IMG/VR virus record: IMGVR_UViG_3300031141_000005
Coordinates: 1,965 to 65,964 of that record
Source: a virus
Taxonomy: Duplodnaviria > Caudoviricetes
Direction: 5' to 3' (one strand)
Length of the DNA stretch: 64,000 nt
Both the position numbers and the translations under genes were made by a program. Shown here in pieces: positions 32,001-39,370 of the stretch; the first letter of the stretch is position 1, and each line of letters begins with the position of its first letter. A model generated the notes under the pieces. That model saw nothing but the letters and a program-made list of their open reading frames with translations. It did not search any database and had not been told where the DNA came from.

Positions 32001-32272
32001 AATTAATGGAGAAACTACTTGGTGATATGCTATTAGTCTTTAACGTTCCTAAGCTTACTTACATGGCTAACATACCAGCCTTAAGTACTGCAGATAACTT
32101 AGCTAAGACAGTGTATCATCTTATCGCTCAAACTGAGTACAAACGTAAAAGTAAGTACGGAGATAAGGGAGATAAGAGATTTGTTTCTAACTTCGCTCAA
32201 CTACTACCTTCTTCATCTAGATTCGTTCTAGAGGAGAATGGTAAGAAGAGTAAGAAAAGATCTATACGATAA
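20084..32272 (+). CDS. Giant virion-packaged RNA polymerase polyprotein (double-psi beta-barrel type) with zincin-like HExxH motif and PSBD-like domain
   Basis: 4062 aa. Catalytic GADLDGD (DLDGD at 27341-27355) preceded by an R-I-P motif; FHENFH (HExxH at 22970-22984). Synteny matches crAss-like vRNAP genes. Confidence 0.85.
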   Translation: MSNGLGNGVNAPGEDIENYDSSLDSSASQPDIQSNLEVPQQRSSFSLANINQQQAPMEQMDAWGGAVDLAEQQQNLPDIPEVGTPGIDYDMGHVETIGRSVMAGFGDMFNSMGDMVDFLSFTPSSIVSKHVLGIDTNKPISDAFHNFGDYLDSYGDTVPGLKDMSEITWDDMSDPKFWETGVARMLPFALSLMIPSTLAAKGAQAAMGSMNFLKSSAAIAKGASSVGIRLSQAAATGLIKKGIATIAAGSTANMLEGAALAGGAMNQAIEEGVDPRLAHAVGRRVFVDNLASMGADIVQYGLFTGQAKIGSAIMKTVPGAAKTAGLKAMKAAGIGPVVKQAFKAIGMGAANGITDGVVEQFQEVYQDWSVNKNIAEAKGEDFPTYMEFFMADEQRPTRIMSFATSLLMSGGSNFMQTATENKRKQNTTNQENADVHDLIGVFSDKVDQERTYKVNKKVFKGLDKNGVAITEDEVIEISGEDMQNEIQDSAARKLAMQAVTNGQKDLVMEALAMELEDGNITQDRYDSYVSTIAEVESQMSKYPDGSFNRMEKANLVTAVWAKTSVDRSLKIGEDAKNAEIEKINLNNILSEENKKSQIDALNESYNEGAKSKQAAADIMKDTVNSIYEFSKKRVAAEKFNKTDRPKLNKLAEKVNNNEELTKEENEYVASNKDFSGHIKKESSRLRRSEANSKAPKGFAYSETLEDGTLIYEEAVAKGEPGKVFKFKADKTTEIINNDLGDALNNIDKDIKDGDVVGDAVGDKADTKDSNDKDTDKVDDKDKVDGDANDKADDKVDDKDPTPDKPKVNATPRAAEVAEEEGVDLSKVVGTGTGGKIRVGDVRAYKLKNPNGQSKLFMRLDSAKVMAGLARDAAKRIAGDTASDLFDIATKYLNNRELRRSHTLDSNSHMVLSDYYRRKVVDGVVSMGFMPEIFTAAGVRAAGMASGLGIFLNTELYNEEAVFHENFHIFRMLYGHRPEVMEMMKNIIDQPIYEEIKLKYSNLLLVQSSGDALNLTLALKHASRLNKGVITNIRDFVAKNGGSMESEQTMKDFLAYAMEQVEAIGYKALESKDQTGIQDEALTHLAGKYGALNPDLFFSDKKKADTHKETFGKWLGFIKENSTIEESEALFEEATEGLYKKTNDFSFFEKFSKVKEIIENNQADYSGLSKNSPSQSKYMTAERKAINDSIRVSLDSKLNVAYEMAVAFHDEILGEAKKSSEDLGTKELIKAVKERRIFQDQTQEAFISFARAVLSEIAKDPAHGKNSEKYDKTFKILNANKHGIMNTIKTMFLSGLNVQEQKALKGEESAASEDVESEDGAFAAVIDGGSLRLSSKFGGIIKNFLTSGRAVNGELGATKNNVLKQIIMDINSVSNPEEMQALVEARIGLLKGNPDSLTFNEAIAAEFYTYLDETQDIVPGESIKSAYHELSGFKIDKPFVFVVGGSKDLLSNTDRNYQKRALDFIKFDKTDLIGITGGKPLSLSAIRAQVAKKIHVLKRFENADVSQFSVVDAFNKRIEFSAALYGLMSKENVTKSDVAAFIKRHILPEGTGVDVSLNEIEALMIFDEVSGQSLSIGAYFSQERISEMFYDSLSLRTSRNKDNKVEFGYEAAQDIIIGEVINPMKKITGDLDKSVVRELIKRWKASHDSTESVRGSISVYKTSHENKGSIIEGVAGSMDNMQGVNDIFKAVVTSYIVSSQQNPAGQVRMPEGDQVSVLVKKSALDYNVESLEKLKKDDLPRFKKLYGTNRYALKMAEGNWKLNYNILAGFDGENSIDSKNMTGTQVMYSDLRMILSALETGSDSYKQNIGDHSDKTRRYYADVDALGASISFNEFLGKTDHNDVTVESLEEYVKDYAPGLYKELEAIKSKQVAEMKSLINKHNDGVDNFDLHLVMSPSVIKSLRDSGKDIKTTDNEGAVEEGEGELDLAGDEVLKGSFSVESMMEGAERTHEKLGSNMADVVVAGLNYAVNKYYLQDLTGVVSQDASFTMKNKRATLLIAPQVSAFPEHRMDVIMFNDVKLLTLDGLSTIKTIDGTVVEVTADLLDSASYVTQDMADEITNAYGNTVDVTGSFKFVGAGQNTDNAAISSSFGSERSKFYFKGHTVVLDESSIGTPLEGVYKALLARERLFKSKGIKAKVIAYADSGVKKGHIKGINSKSLAEWDAMKDDDVAINEFQDSWSYDLKKDTYGYDGKYFGVQNELDKNATSATVAKQAVSATNIFADHENTELAAMSQDFLSLYAQALDQQYQEGSGGKTIEESGLESASSGSTFPTMTRAMNELATSLPFVTDSLSKTATAKVKKDAHRLRTTGSLSLQISDALYGYEFDGDNVIETDKSLKPIRIENGKVLPAEVAISSHMASMLGVTEKELEGGKEVFFFATRIPASSVGSTILLKVARISPTQGNTIAINAKMSAIMGADLDGDMLHLNAWTKKPKAGSVDAIKNKMLDKLKQMHEHPEVFKTLIKELEFKTVTKATNLALYGNEKGSTAVYNDFNVFDTAEMYEQTKGNAPMIGLIASTSNQFNYLAQGSPSVNYGGLPLVLVKGREEKSERYDRLDSKLSEDGGGTYYAYANYLNLILDDGKYGNRAKFGFNKGSGASFGLMIKMGIHPKDIALLMTKGKLGELLSMDKLQDYAREQLGVEKSLAGHIKTNFLSKGIDIEAIIKGDLESAIALAVVLKSISNDMYSLGSYVGLDSNLPESLVEVKERIRAGKKALANQPEIAQNAFTNNPLILSKVKFLSDYAVKLASEDVTISNGYSDTVGEYMLPVDENDFDSVQFTDAAKLLKALNLSRVAAEMPISIRDMLFESAVSGVSKTANNVESKNFLSILNKLDNQDSYSGVTQLIANYIKNNEDFDNNLFIQHLSMRNSTRFFTGGTDIIQDSSVVEFGMDREMLFELQEVEQIEALGKDFEKLPSWLKDWFIANDFIVSGWGSNEKQSLLPYMDSASISKVNGYFKSAFSNGKDFIEQTNEKTSNGAGVLSINELIGVDSSSGHEEASFSLAKLVYAALHGAKGLNAHEQTHENVNSFSTSSQMENDTTLVFDEQFRELGMLSVVSKLSDQHSENSRDDVKYLAIYGNGIDMTQGLRVTLSKDAYLNEKLPSGVSIDSFDDEGRAKWDEKYSNYLRSLDIVNEKLDHLNEANIEDHDYTMNRSASDKRFDYVSNLFANIQNELSYETVGLTKEHLDELATTPLRRYVEYNYGLHISNKQIKDWELDQGKSFVEEITIKGLNKDISTLDLWMSPGDYGKNKPTMAYINKEMKMEHMDFTRNLHLVTKEMNKRLDALYKSKATETGFLGTKAGRIFNQYFAVGNRKVSEILYENLFVSEHATRRKVDTKTNKVTYTDASSLRLNPLFFKSASIVGDQSVIDSDSQAFKDLSVAEQEYLKMYVKYTSFYRNLIHAKGLLKGGSDRGTSYIPASTSSKFETMSRRGLFGLYYQMHRGDETLYDVVIEAVNPLTGDLEKLDYFSWKALYMHSPEDALFTTDSDNLRVDLGHGNTLSGAQRIKAFRDITAKAKKLMTKGKDDGGNTVSISSPINDVLGNEEFVNRFTSHRSSKAGYLATHNLHQSLRSYIQTFMFQHGNAYLDVKANKIKKLSWNIDDNKDEFGVESMTLQDATKNKFIFKGFDSKNLMVDAAMSQLRLSGSENALKYMDKVVKGGLINKQRGLSFSESKNEASIIKFFTNWTMYIALGFNFPAAVGNVLIGKYNTYRAQGGAGVITGEKRYLGIGSNGMFDKSIMKKSRLMIEEFGILTYRAEEIAEGTSGSAIDALIFSPMVLAENWIQQAAFLGSLTQEQWDSYEVHEGELMFKGDIKKEDGTLKYPDAKRESQLSKIEIAKLERDVINLQGRGYSETDQRFIQIYALSNSFMQFKRWFPTFLADRFKSEHIDDLGTMRIGSVKAASDFISEMRANDIPVTEWREHLKDKPKHLKDGVSRLWRGTKGIAMLSMILLAISHNRDDDAPEDETLKLMEKLLGDMLLVFNVPKLTYMANIPALSTADNLAKTVYHLIAQTEYKRKSKYGDKGDKRFVSNFAQLLPSSSRFVLEENGKKSKKRSIR
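22330..22500 (+). repeat. Low-complexity Asp/Lys linker (DK-x-D repeats) within vRNAP
   Basis: DKDIKDGDVVGDAVGDKADTKDSNDKDTDKVDDKDKVDGDANDKADDKVDDKD. Confidence 0.8.
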
Positions 32273-32278
32273 TTAATG

Positions 32279-32286
32279 TATATTTG
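32279..32286 (+). promoter_or_regulatory. TATATTTG -7 promoter element upstream of tail-fibre cluster
   Basis: Intergenic TAnnTTTG match. Confidence 0.5.
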
Positions 32287-32303
32287 TATTAAACTAAACT
32301 AAG

Positions 32304-32834
32304 ATGGCAAGCACACTAAATACAGACGTTGCAGCAGAGGTAAATATCACAGCAAGAAGGAATGATACCTTTAAGTTGTTGTTAGAAGTTAAGGATTCAT
32401 CAGGTAATACTATGGATTTAAATAACGACAACGCAGCAACAGGCCTCCCTGAATACCAAGGCAAGATGACTATAATGTCTCAAGGAGGCGAAGAGGTTCT
32501 TAGTATTTTTAGCCATACTTGGAGTGATTTAGGGGAGAGTGGTAGCTTGTATACTACAGCACACCCTAAAGATAGGGTTGCAACATCCACTGCTGCAGGG
32601 TTTTACACAGGAGCTGACAGCATAATTAAGGCTGGTATTAATCTTTCTGCTCAGACTGGTGTTGCGGGAGAGAAGGTTGTTGTTATCGTGCCTTACAACT
32701 ATATGGCTTTTCAGTCTGGGGTTTATAAGTATGACTTACAGATAAGATACAACCCTACAGCAACTAATGACTTAGAATACATAACTTGGTTATACGGAAC
32801 GTTTACTTTAAAAGCTGATATTACTCAATCTTAA
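32304..32834 (+). CDS. Tail-fibre adaptor (BppU-N-like Ig fold), paralog 1
   Basis: VNITARRNDTF...G.YKYDL...TWLYG.F; similar to 38978 and 41975. Confidence 0.6.
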   Translation: MASTLNTDVAAEVNITARRNDTFKLLLEVKDSSGNTMDLNNDNAATGLPEYQGKMTIMSQGGEEVLSIFSHTWSDLGESGSLYTTAHPKDRVATSTAAGFYTGADSIIKAGINLSAQTGVAGEKVVVIVPYNYMAFQSGVYKYDLQIRYNPTATNDLEYITWLYGTFTLKADITQS

Positions 32835-33532
32835 TGGCTGAAAATATAAGCATATCAATATCGCAACCTGAGTCAATGACCATTAATGGTTATCCTGACG
32901 GGTTTGCAATAATACCAACGGCAGGGCATACGACGTTCTTCAACCCCGAGCCAAGTAATAACTATGCTTTCTCGACTACGGATCCTGAAATTTTAAACGT
33001 AACTAATAGCGTTTCAAGTTTTAGTGTTGGTAGTTTTGATATATCTGGAGCTATGAACGTTACTTTAGGGACTTTACCTTATAGTACTTTAGCTTCAGAG
33101 TTAGATGGGTTTAAATATAAGTTTGATAACTTTGTTATGACTGAGAGTGATGTAGCTTTATTTTCTGTTGGTGATATAGTTTACTTTAAAGATCAAATTG
33201 ATTATAATACATACAACACAAAACTTAAGAAAGCTCTAACATCTGAAATAGATGGAGCTAGGTCTGGTCTTTTGATCTTTCTAGGTTACTCTGCTAGCAA
33301 CAGCCTTATGGTGATGTCTAAGGGGTACTTTGATTATGAGCAAGAAGATGACAGATGCGTTAACTGGTCTTCAGGAAGGACTATATATTTAAATGACTTA
33401 AGTAATATTGATATAACCCCTTCTAGTTTAAGTACTTACTGGGTTAAGTCTTTAGGAACATGCATACCTAACACAGCTAATAAAAACAGAATCTGGTTTG
33501 ACCCCGATTCTACATACTTAAAAATAAGATAA
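32834..33532 (+). CDS. Putative fibre/spike-associated virion protein
   Basis: Beta-rich protein translationally coupled to the adaptor gene. Confidence 0.5.
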   Translation: MAENISISISQPESMTINGYPDGFAIIPTAGHTTFFNPEPSNNYAFSTTDPEILNVTNSVSSFSVGSFDISGAMNVTLGTLPYSTLASELDGFKYKFDNFVMTESDVALFSVGDIVYFKDQIDYNTYNTKLKKALTSEIDGARSGLLIFLGYSASNSLMVMSKGYFDYEQEDDRCVNWSSGRTIYLNDLSNIDITPSSLSTYWVKSLGTCIPNTANKNRIWFDPDSTYLKIR

Positions 33533-33533
33533 A

Positions 33534-36500
33534 ATGGCAAAGTACCCTAGATTATTCGGAAACGATACGGAGGAATACAACATACACGGATCTAATGGGC
33601 TCCCGTTAGCGACTGAAGATGCGGTGTTCGATGTTTATGTATATACTAACGCAGGGCTTGAGGATAACACTCAAAGAGCTAGTGCTGTAGTTGTAATAAA
33701 GAACGAGCAGATTGCTGGAACAGTAACATCACTTACGGTTAATACGATTGCCTTACACACTACTTCTAGTGGTTCTGTATCGTATACAGGTAGTAATGTA
33801 TCATTAAACCCTATGATTTCTGGAGTCCCTTTTATAGGTTCTGAGGAGTCTTACGAAGGAGCTACGGGAAATAAGATAATAGCTAAAGATGCTAATAATA
33901 AACCTGGAGTTTCTGCAGATACGGATAATGGTTTAGAGGTAGGTCAAATAAAAATAGCCTCTACCTTTACTTCTGGGGTTCCTGATCCTGGTTCTGAAAT
34001 ATCATCAACCGATATAGACCCAGATTTAGCTGCGGGTACTTACAGATCAATCTTAGTCCATAACCCAGAGGATCTAACTATCAACCAGGGACTGGATAAT
34101 CCTATACCTTCAGACTCTTACGCGTCTTTCGTTGTTGGATTCCATCCCACCGAAGACATCCCAAACAATACTACAGAGTGTTACCTAAAGATACAAACCA
34201 ACGTAGGGAATATATCATACCCTTTGGTTGTTAATTCGTTTAACGAAATAATAATGGTGGCTAAAAAGGGCTCAAGCTCTTATGGTGGTACTCAAGATTT
34301 AGACCTAACTATAGGTTCTTCAATAACTTACGATGATGGTACTGTTCATTTAGGTTACCACCCTAGAACTAATAACACAACTAAACTTCAAGATGATCTT
34401 CTTGCTGACGGAATAAAGATTGTAGACATATCTCCTAACGCAACTGATGCTTCGTATAAATGGATTAATAGTGCGTCAAATGCAACATCTATAACTGGAG
34501 ACGGAACCACTCTTAGCCTACCAACTAACCACACTTCAGGTAGTTTTGATCACTTCTATAATGACGCTTTCGCTTCTATAAACAACTACTACACTGACGA
34601 GACATACTTTGACACTTTAGCTCTTAGTGGAACTACTTCTGTGGCAGACGGAGCTACACTTTATAATGTAGCTGGTAACGCTCCTTTATTTCAATTCTTT
34701 GACACCGTGCACGCTGACACCTCTATAATAGATGGTACACATGGTGGTGGCTATACCACTAATTATACTTTAGGGGATTTCGCTAAAGCCTTAACGTTTA
34801 GAGTCAACTACCACTCTGTACAATACAATAACACCAGCTCTGCTAGCGCTGCCTTTCCTGATGACGGCGATGGATTTAACAGCCAATTCTTTAAGTATGC
34901 TGTAACTTATGGTGTGTATCAAAAAGTTACAATACCTAGCGGTCAGGCTTCTGGTCAGCAAAACGAAATAGACGCTTCCACTGAAGCTGTTAGTCCTTTC
35001 AATAAAAAGTACGACGTAACTAGCGCTGCTTCAGGACCTAACGGTAATATAGCTCAGACTGGAAGTCGATACGACATGTCTCACGATGTTAGGTGGAATA
35101 ACTTTGCGGGGCTTGATGTTAATGGCAAGTATAGTTTAGCTGACTTTACCTTCAGTACGAACACAAACAACTTTAAATACTTAGGAACAAACACAAATAA
35201 CTGTGTACCTACTAGCTTTACTATTGGGGTTACAACCTCTACTACAGGTACGTTTAATCACTTTGGTTGGAATGATCCTTCTGTTGAGTATAGAGACGTA
35301 ACTATACTATCTCCATTCTTATTTACACTTACTCCATCTGTTTATTTTGGTTCTAGTTTTGTTTTGGAATTTGAAAGTGAGGTAGGTACTAGTTACTTAA
35401 TGAATCCTATAACTAAGTCAGGAGGAACGGTAGAAGCTTCTTTAGTCCCTAACCCAACAGATGCAGTATGGAATTTTGCTGATGGCGCTGAATACCCAGG
35501 CCTTCATGGTGATAATAATATATCTTACAAAACAAGATTCTATCCTAGAAGTCCTTACTTAAAGATAGGTATGCTTACCGAAACTAGTAGGTTTGATCAT
35601 GATAGCGCGTCTCCAGGTTACCCTTCTGGTACTGGTCTTTTATCTAACTCTGTTTCAACCACAAACGTAATTGATGTTACTACATGGTATAACGACTCAA
35701 GTCAGGTTATAAATAACACTACAGCTGCATTTGGCACAAACCAACCTTCTAATAAGATGTATAGTGGGTTTGGTGGGGTTGTGTTTGATAACAATACGTT
35801 CGCTACCAACCTACAATGCCTTATAGCTGATGCTAGCTATAATCAAAATAAGGTAGGTATAAAGGACAAGACTGGCTCTAGTATAAAAGAGTTTTTCCCT
35901 TTTAATAAAACTTTAAATTGCCCTATACCTATCAAGCATCCTAGTACTGATAAGTACACGTCGTTCCAATCTTTCCTTCCATTCAACGAAGGGGATAGTA
36001 ACATATACCTACACAGTATAGACGTACTTACTGGTGCTGATGGCGTTGGTACTGATCAATTATTAGACTTCGACGTAAGTGCTGCTGCTGTTAACCTTGC
36101 AGGAACAGCCACTTATGGTTACAAGCCAGGATTTAATACAAATAACGCTAATGCTGGTTCAAGTAATGATCCTGTTCTTTCTTTCTTAGTTGAAGGTATG
36201 GATACTACATTCCAGAGTAGTGAAAGAAAGTACCACAACACATCTGGTTCGTTTACAAATGGTAATCCAGCTAAATTTTATAGAGATAATGCTGCTGGCT
36301 CAGCTTATTATCCACCTAAATTCATGCAAGGATATGATAATATTGATTCTGATATTAATGATTATTTGTATTCTGTAAATGAAACTGGAATTGAGGATGA
36401 AATGGACTGTAATAAGATAGCAAAATGGATTCCTGCTTCAGGAATTTCATGGCCTGAAGCTTCTTCTAGTGCTGCTGGAGCTGCTGCCCCTAAAGGTAAC

Positions 36501-36791
36501 CTTCCAATCCATTTAAGAATGGAGGTCGATGCTAAAGGAACGACTATTGATTTTGGTGAATACTACACTACGCTTAAGATAAGATACTTTAAGCATGATT
36601 ACTTCTCAATGAAGAAGGCTAGTGCTGTCACATCTGCTAATACTACAGCTACAGATTTCAGGATACATGAGATGAGAGTTGTTGTAAAAATGAATCTACA
36701 ACCTACTCCTTTATTAGTTGTAGCAGATGCTGAAGGTCAAGAGTTTACAAGCGCTGCGGAAATAAACTTAGGTAACGTAAATATAGGTTAA
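33534..36791 (+). CDS. Large tail fibre/spike-like virion protein
   Basis: 1085 aa, S/T/G/N-rich beta protein within the tail cluster. Confidence 0.55.
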   Translation: MAKYPRLFGNDTEEYNIHGSNGLPLATEDAVFDVYVYTNAGLEDNTQRASAVVVIKNEQIAGTVTSLTVNTIALHTTSSGSVSYTGSNVSLNPMISGVPFIGSEESYEGATGNKIIAKDANNKPGVSADTDNGLEVGQIKIASTFTSGVPDPGSEISSTDIDPDLAAGTYRSILVHNPEDLTINQGLDNPIPSDSYASFVVGFHPTEDIPNNTTECYLKIQTNVGNISYPLVVNSFNEIIMVAKKGSSSYGGTQDLDLTIGSSITYDDGTVHLGYHPRTNNTTKLQDDLLADGIKIVDISPNATDASYKWINSASNATSITGDGTTLSLPTNHTSGSFDHFYNDAFASINNYYTDETYFDTLALSGTTSVADGATLYNVAGNAPLFQFFDTVHADTSIIDGTHGGGYTTNYTLGDFAKALTFRVNYHSVQYNNTSSASAAFPDDGDGFNSQFFKYAVTYGVYQKVTIPSGQASGQQNEIDASTEAVSPFNKKYDVTSAASGPNGNIAQTGSRYDMSHDVRWNNFAGLDVNGKYSLADFTFSTNTNNFKYLGTNTNNCVPTSFTIGVTTSTTGTFNHFGWNDPSVEYRDVTILSPFLFTLTPSVYFGSSFVLEFESEVGTSYLMNPITKSGGTVEASLVPNPTDAVWNFADGAEYPGLHGDNNISYKTRFYPRSPYLKIGMLTETSRFDHDSASPGYPSGTGLLSNSVSTTNVIDVTTWYNDSSQVINNTTAAFGTNQPSNKMYSGFGGVVFDNNTFATNLQCLIADASYNQNKVGIKDKTGSSIKEFFPFNKTLNCPIPIKHPSTDKYTSFQSFLPFNEGDSNIYLHSIDVLTGADGVGTDQLLDFDVSAAAVNLAGTATYGYKPGFNTNNANAGSSNDPVLSFLVEGMDTTFQSSERKYHNTSGSFTNGNPAKFYRDNAAGSAYYPPKFMQGYDNIDSDINDYLYSVNETGIEDEMDCNKIAKWIPASGISWPEASSSAAGAAAPKGNLPIHLRMEVDAKGTTIDFGEYYTTLKIRYFKHDYFSMKKASAVTSANTTATDFRIHEMRVVVKMNLQPTPLLVVADAEGQEFTSAAEINLGNVNIG

Positions 36792-37393
36792 TGCCTTACC
36801 CTACCTCTTTCGATGTAAGTTCATCAGACCATGGAATGCCCTTCACCCTACCAGGTAAGGGCATTCGTCTGGTGGTTAAAAATAGAGGTACTCTAGGTTT
36901 TTTAACCGTTAAATCGGGAGAGTTAATTAATAGTAACTTACCTTATAATCAATCGGATCAAGACGAAGGGTCTCTGCATCTTCCGTTTTACATGTTCTCC
37001 GTAGATCAGGATTACTCCAATACTGTAAACTCTCAATACAAAGACTGGAACCTGTTCACTTACGCATCTAATGTGGCTTCATTGAATATAGATGTACAGA
37101 CTTATGTTTATAATTCTTCATTTACTCATAAATTTAACCTTTCGGCTCACGAGTTAAGTGGAGAGGAGCTTGTTTTTTACGTGTATTTCTTTCCTTATTA
37201 CTTAGGGGAATATAGCGCTGAGCTAAAGGTTATGTGGAATGATAACGTATCTTACGGAGATAAAGAATATACCTTAAACTTTACAGGCTCTATGCTTGGT
37301 AGGGTTTCTGAAATAGATCAGACAGAATATCCAGAGGTGGTTTTCGAGGTAGACCAAACTTATGGGGGTAACTTTTTTGAAATAGAAGGATAG
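36791..37393 (+). CDS. Ig-like virion protein
   Basis: VYF.P...GEY.AEL....L.FTG Ig-like C-terminal pattern; tightly coupled gene. Confidence 0.45.
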   Translation: MPYPTSFDVSSSDHGMPFTLPGKGIRLVVKNRGTLGFLTVKSGELINSNLPYNQSDQDEGSLHLPFYMFSVDQDYSNTVNSQYKDWNLFTYASNVASLNIDVQTYVYNSSFTHKFNLSAHELSGEELVFYVYFFPYYLGEYSAELKVMWNDNVSYGDKEYTLNFTGSMLGRVSEIDQTEYPEVVFEVDQTYGGNFFEIEG

Positions 37394-38113
37394 ATGCCAA
37401 ACGCAATACTTAAAGTATCAGATTTAGATGGAGCCGACTACCCTAGTGGGTTGGATTTATCAGTTAACATGTTTTCTCAAGACATTGAAATGAGTACCTT
37501 AGAAGCTTCTCAAACCCTGTCAATACCTGCTGGTTGGAGTATTATAGGTATATATATAGATGCTCAGCTTAGTTATGCGGACAACTTCGGGACCTTTGCT
37601 TCAAGCGCTGGTATATCAACCATGCTTAGTGAGCTAAATGTAGACGGTAATTTAATTATAGCAAAGGATAATTTTGGTGCAGCCTACTTACCTGAATGGA
37701 ATTTTGATGGTATTGGTGATATGGTAAATGGTCAAGGGTATCAAATAAAACTAAACAACCCTCAAACTATTACAATAACAGGTAGACCTATAACAACTTC
37801 TACTATTATATCCCTAGGTACTATTACCTCTTTTGGTATGGAGGAGTTTGACTTACTTAATGGTTGGAACATCATTACACCCCCTTATGATTTAGGTAAT
37901 GGTAGTTTTGATATAGCTACTTTTTTTGAGTCTGCATTGTCGGACTTCCCAGGACCTGTAAGTGATTATGTTACCATATTTAAAGATTATCTAGGCTCTG
38001 CGTACTTACCTGAATGGAGTTTTAATGGGATAGGAAATATGTATTCTGGTCAAGCTTATCAGTTAAAAACAACTCAAGCCTTTACTTTAAATTTTAGTGG
38101 AGATTCAACTTAA
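37394..38113 (+). CDS. Virion surface protein with two internal repeats
   Basis: Two copies of GW.II...I.KD..G.AYLPEW.F.GIG.M..GQ.YQ.K. Confidence 0.55.
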   Translation: MPNAILKVSDLDGADYPSGLDLSVNMFSQDIEMSTLEASQTLSIPAGWSIIGIYIDAQLSYADNFGTFASSAGISTMLSELNVDGNLIIAKDNFGAAYLPEWNFDGIGDMVNGQGYQIKLNNPQTITITGRPITTSTIISLGTITSFGMEEFDLLNGWNIITPPYDLGNGSFDIATFFESALSDFPGPVSDYVTIFKDYLGSAYLPEWSFNGIGNMYSGQAYQLKTTQAFTLNFSGDST

Positions 38114-38118
38114 TTGAT

Positions 38119-38859
38119 ATGGCAAGTAAACGAGTTAAAGGATTCTTACCACGAGGAGGGTTCTCTTTCAAACAATCTAACAGTGCCTACAAAAAGCAAG
38201 GCATTAGCAACAAACGCCTAATAAATAAAACTAAGGATGACAAAGAGACTCAGGTAGTAATTGCTGCTACTGGTAGTAGCTTTAATGTTGTATTCACTAG
38301 GGGTTCTATTGAAGATTTCTTATTAGAATTAGGGGATAGCGCTTACATAAGAGAAGAGAAGGAGAAGTTAGAGATTGAACTAAAGGAGAAGTACTCAAAG
38401 AGTACTATGATTAAGAACGCTATAATCTCACCTCCATCTATTGGATTTTCGCCTTTACCTGATTTATTAAACTCTACTTTAGGTGGTGTAATTAAGCCCA
38501 ATGAAGACTACGTAAAAGACTGGACTGAAGGTGTTAATTATATACTTTCCAGGATTTATATATCTTTTGAATTAAAAGACCTTTCTGGAAACTTGTTTGG
38601 ATTATCATCTAAAAGACCTAGATTTATATATGAGGGTCATACTAATGATGTTGCTTCAGCTCAAATGGATGACTCTTTAATCTTAGGTAAGGATGGGTTC
38701 TACACTAATGATGAAGTTTATTTAACCTTTATAGAGTCAACTCCTATAAGCGACAGAACACATAAATGCACATATAATAGCGCTTTATTTCAAGCTACAA
38801 CTGAAAGCATTTTCACTATAACAACCATTAAGTATGCAGGTAATTCTGCGTACTCTTAA
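38119..38859 (+). CDS. Hypothetical protein
   Basis: 246-aa ORF in operon context. Confidence 0.6.
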   Translation: MASKRVKGFLPRGGFSFKQSNSAYKKQGISNKRLINKTKDDKETQVVIAATGSSFNVVFTRGSIEDFLLELGDSAYIREEKEKLEIELKEKYSKSTMIKNAIISPPSIGFSPLPDLLNSTLGGVIKPNEDYVKDWTEGVNYILSRIYISFELKDLSGNLFGLSSKRPRFIYEGHTNDVASAQMDDSLILGKDGFYTNDEVYLTFIESTPISDRTHKCTYNSALFQATTESIFTITTIKYAGNSAYS

Positions 38860-38868
38860 CTTGACTAC

Positions 38869-38976
38869 ATGATAATAACAACTAAAAATATTACTGTATC
38901 TTTGGCTTACAGCCTAGTCAATAAAGCTGTAACATCAAAACCTAAAGTTAAAGTCACGGTATCTAAAACAATTTAA
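38869..38976 (+). CDS. Possible 35-aa peptide (MIITTKNITVSLAYSLVNKAVTSKPKVKVTVSKTI)
   Basis: Hand-translated; fills the intergenic gap, and its stop is 1 nt before the next ATG. Confidence 0.4.
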   Translation: MIITTKNITVSLAYSLVNKAVTSKPKVKVTVSKTI

Positions 38977-38977
38977 A

Positions 38978-39370
38978 ATGGCTAAAATATCTGCAGACAT
39001 AGCAAAGACAGTAGACCTTACTGTACGAAGGGGTGACTCATTCTACTTAAAAATCGTCTTAACAAACGATGATGGAACTGCTTACGACATAATGGAGGTT
39101 GTAGATAATATTAACTACCAGGCTGACTTAAAGGTTTACAATAACGATGAGTTAGTTTTAGGATTTTCTTCTGCTGCTGATCAAGCTACTCCAATTATTA
39201 GTAGTTCTATTTCCGTTACAGGAAGTACAGCTACCCTTGTTGTGTCTACTTCATCTACCAATATGGGACTATACACTGGAACGTATAAATACAAACTATA
39301 TGTTAGTAGTGATACTGACAGCGAGACTAACACAGTTTTAGTTGGTAAGTTTAAGGTTGTAGATATATAA
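38978..39370 (+). CDS. Tail-fibre adaptor (BppU-N-like), paralog 2
   Basis: VDLTVRRGDSF...GTYKYKL...VLVGKF. Confidence 0.6.
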   Translation: MAKISADIAKTVDLTVRRGDSFYLKIVLTNDDGTAYDIMEVVDNINYQADLKVYNNDELVLGFSSAADQATPIISSSISVTGSTATLVVSTSSTNMGLYTGTYKYKLYVSSDTDSETNTVLVGKFKVVDI

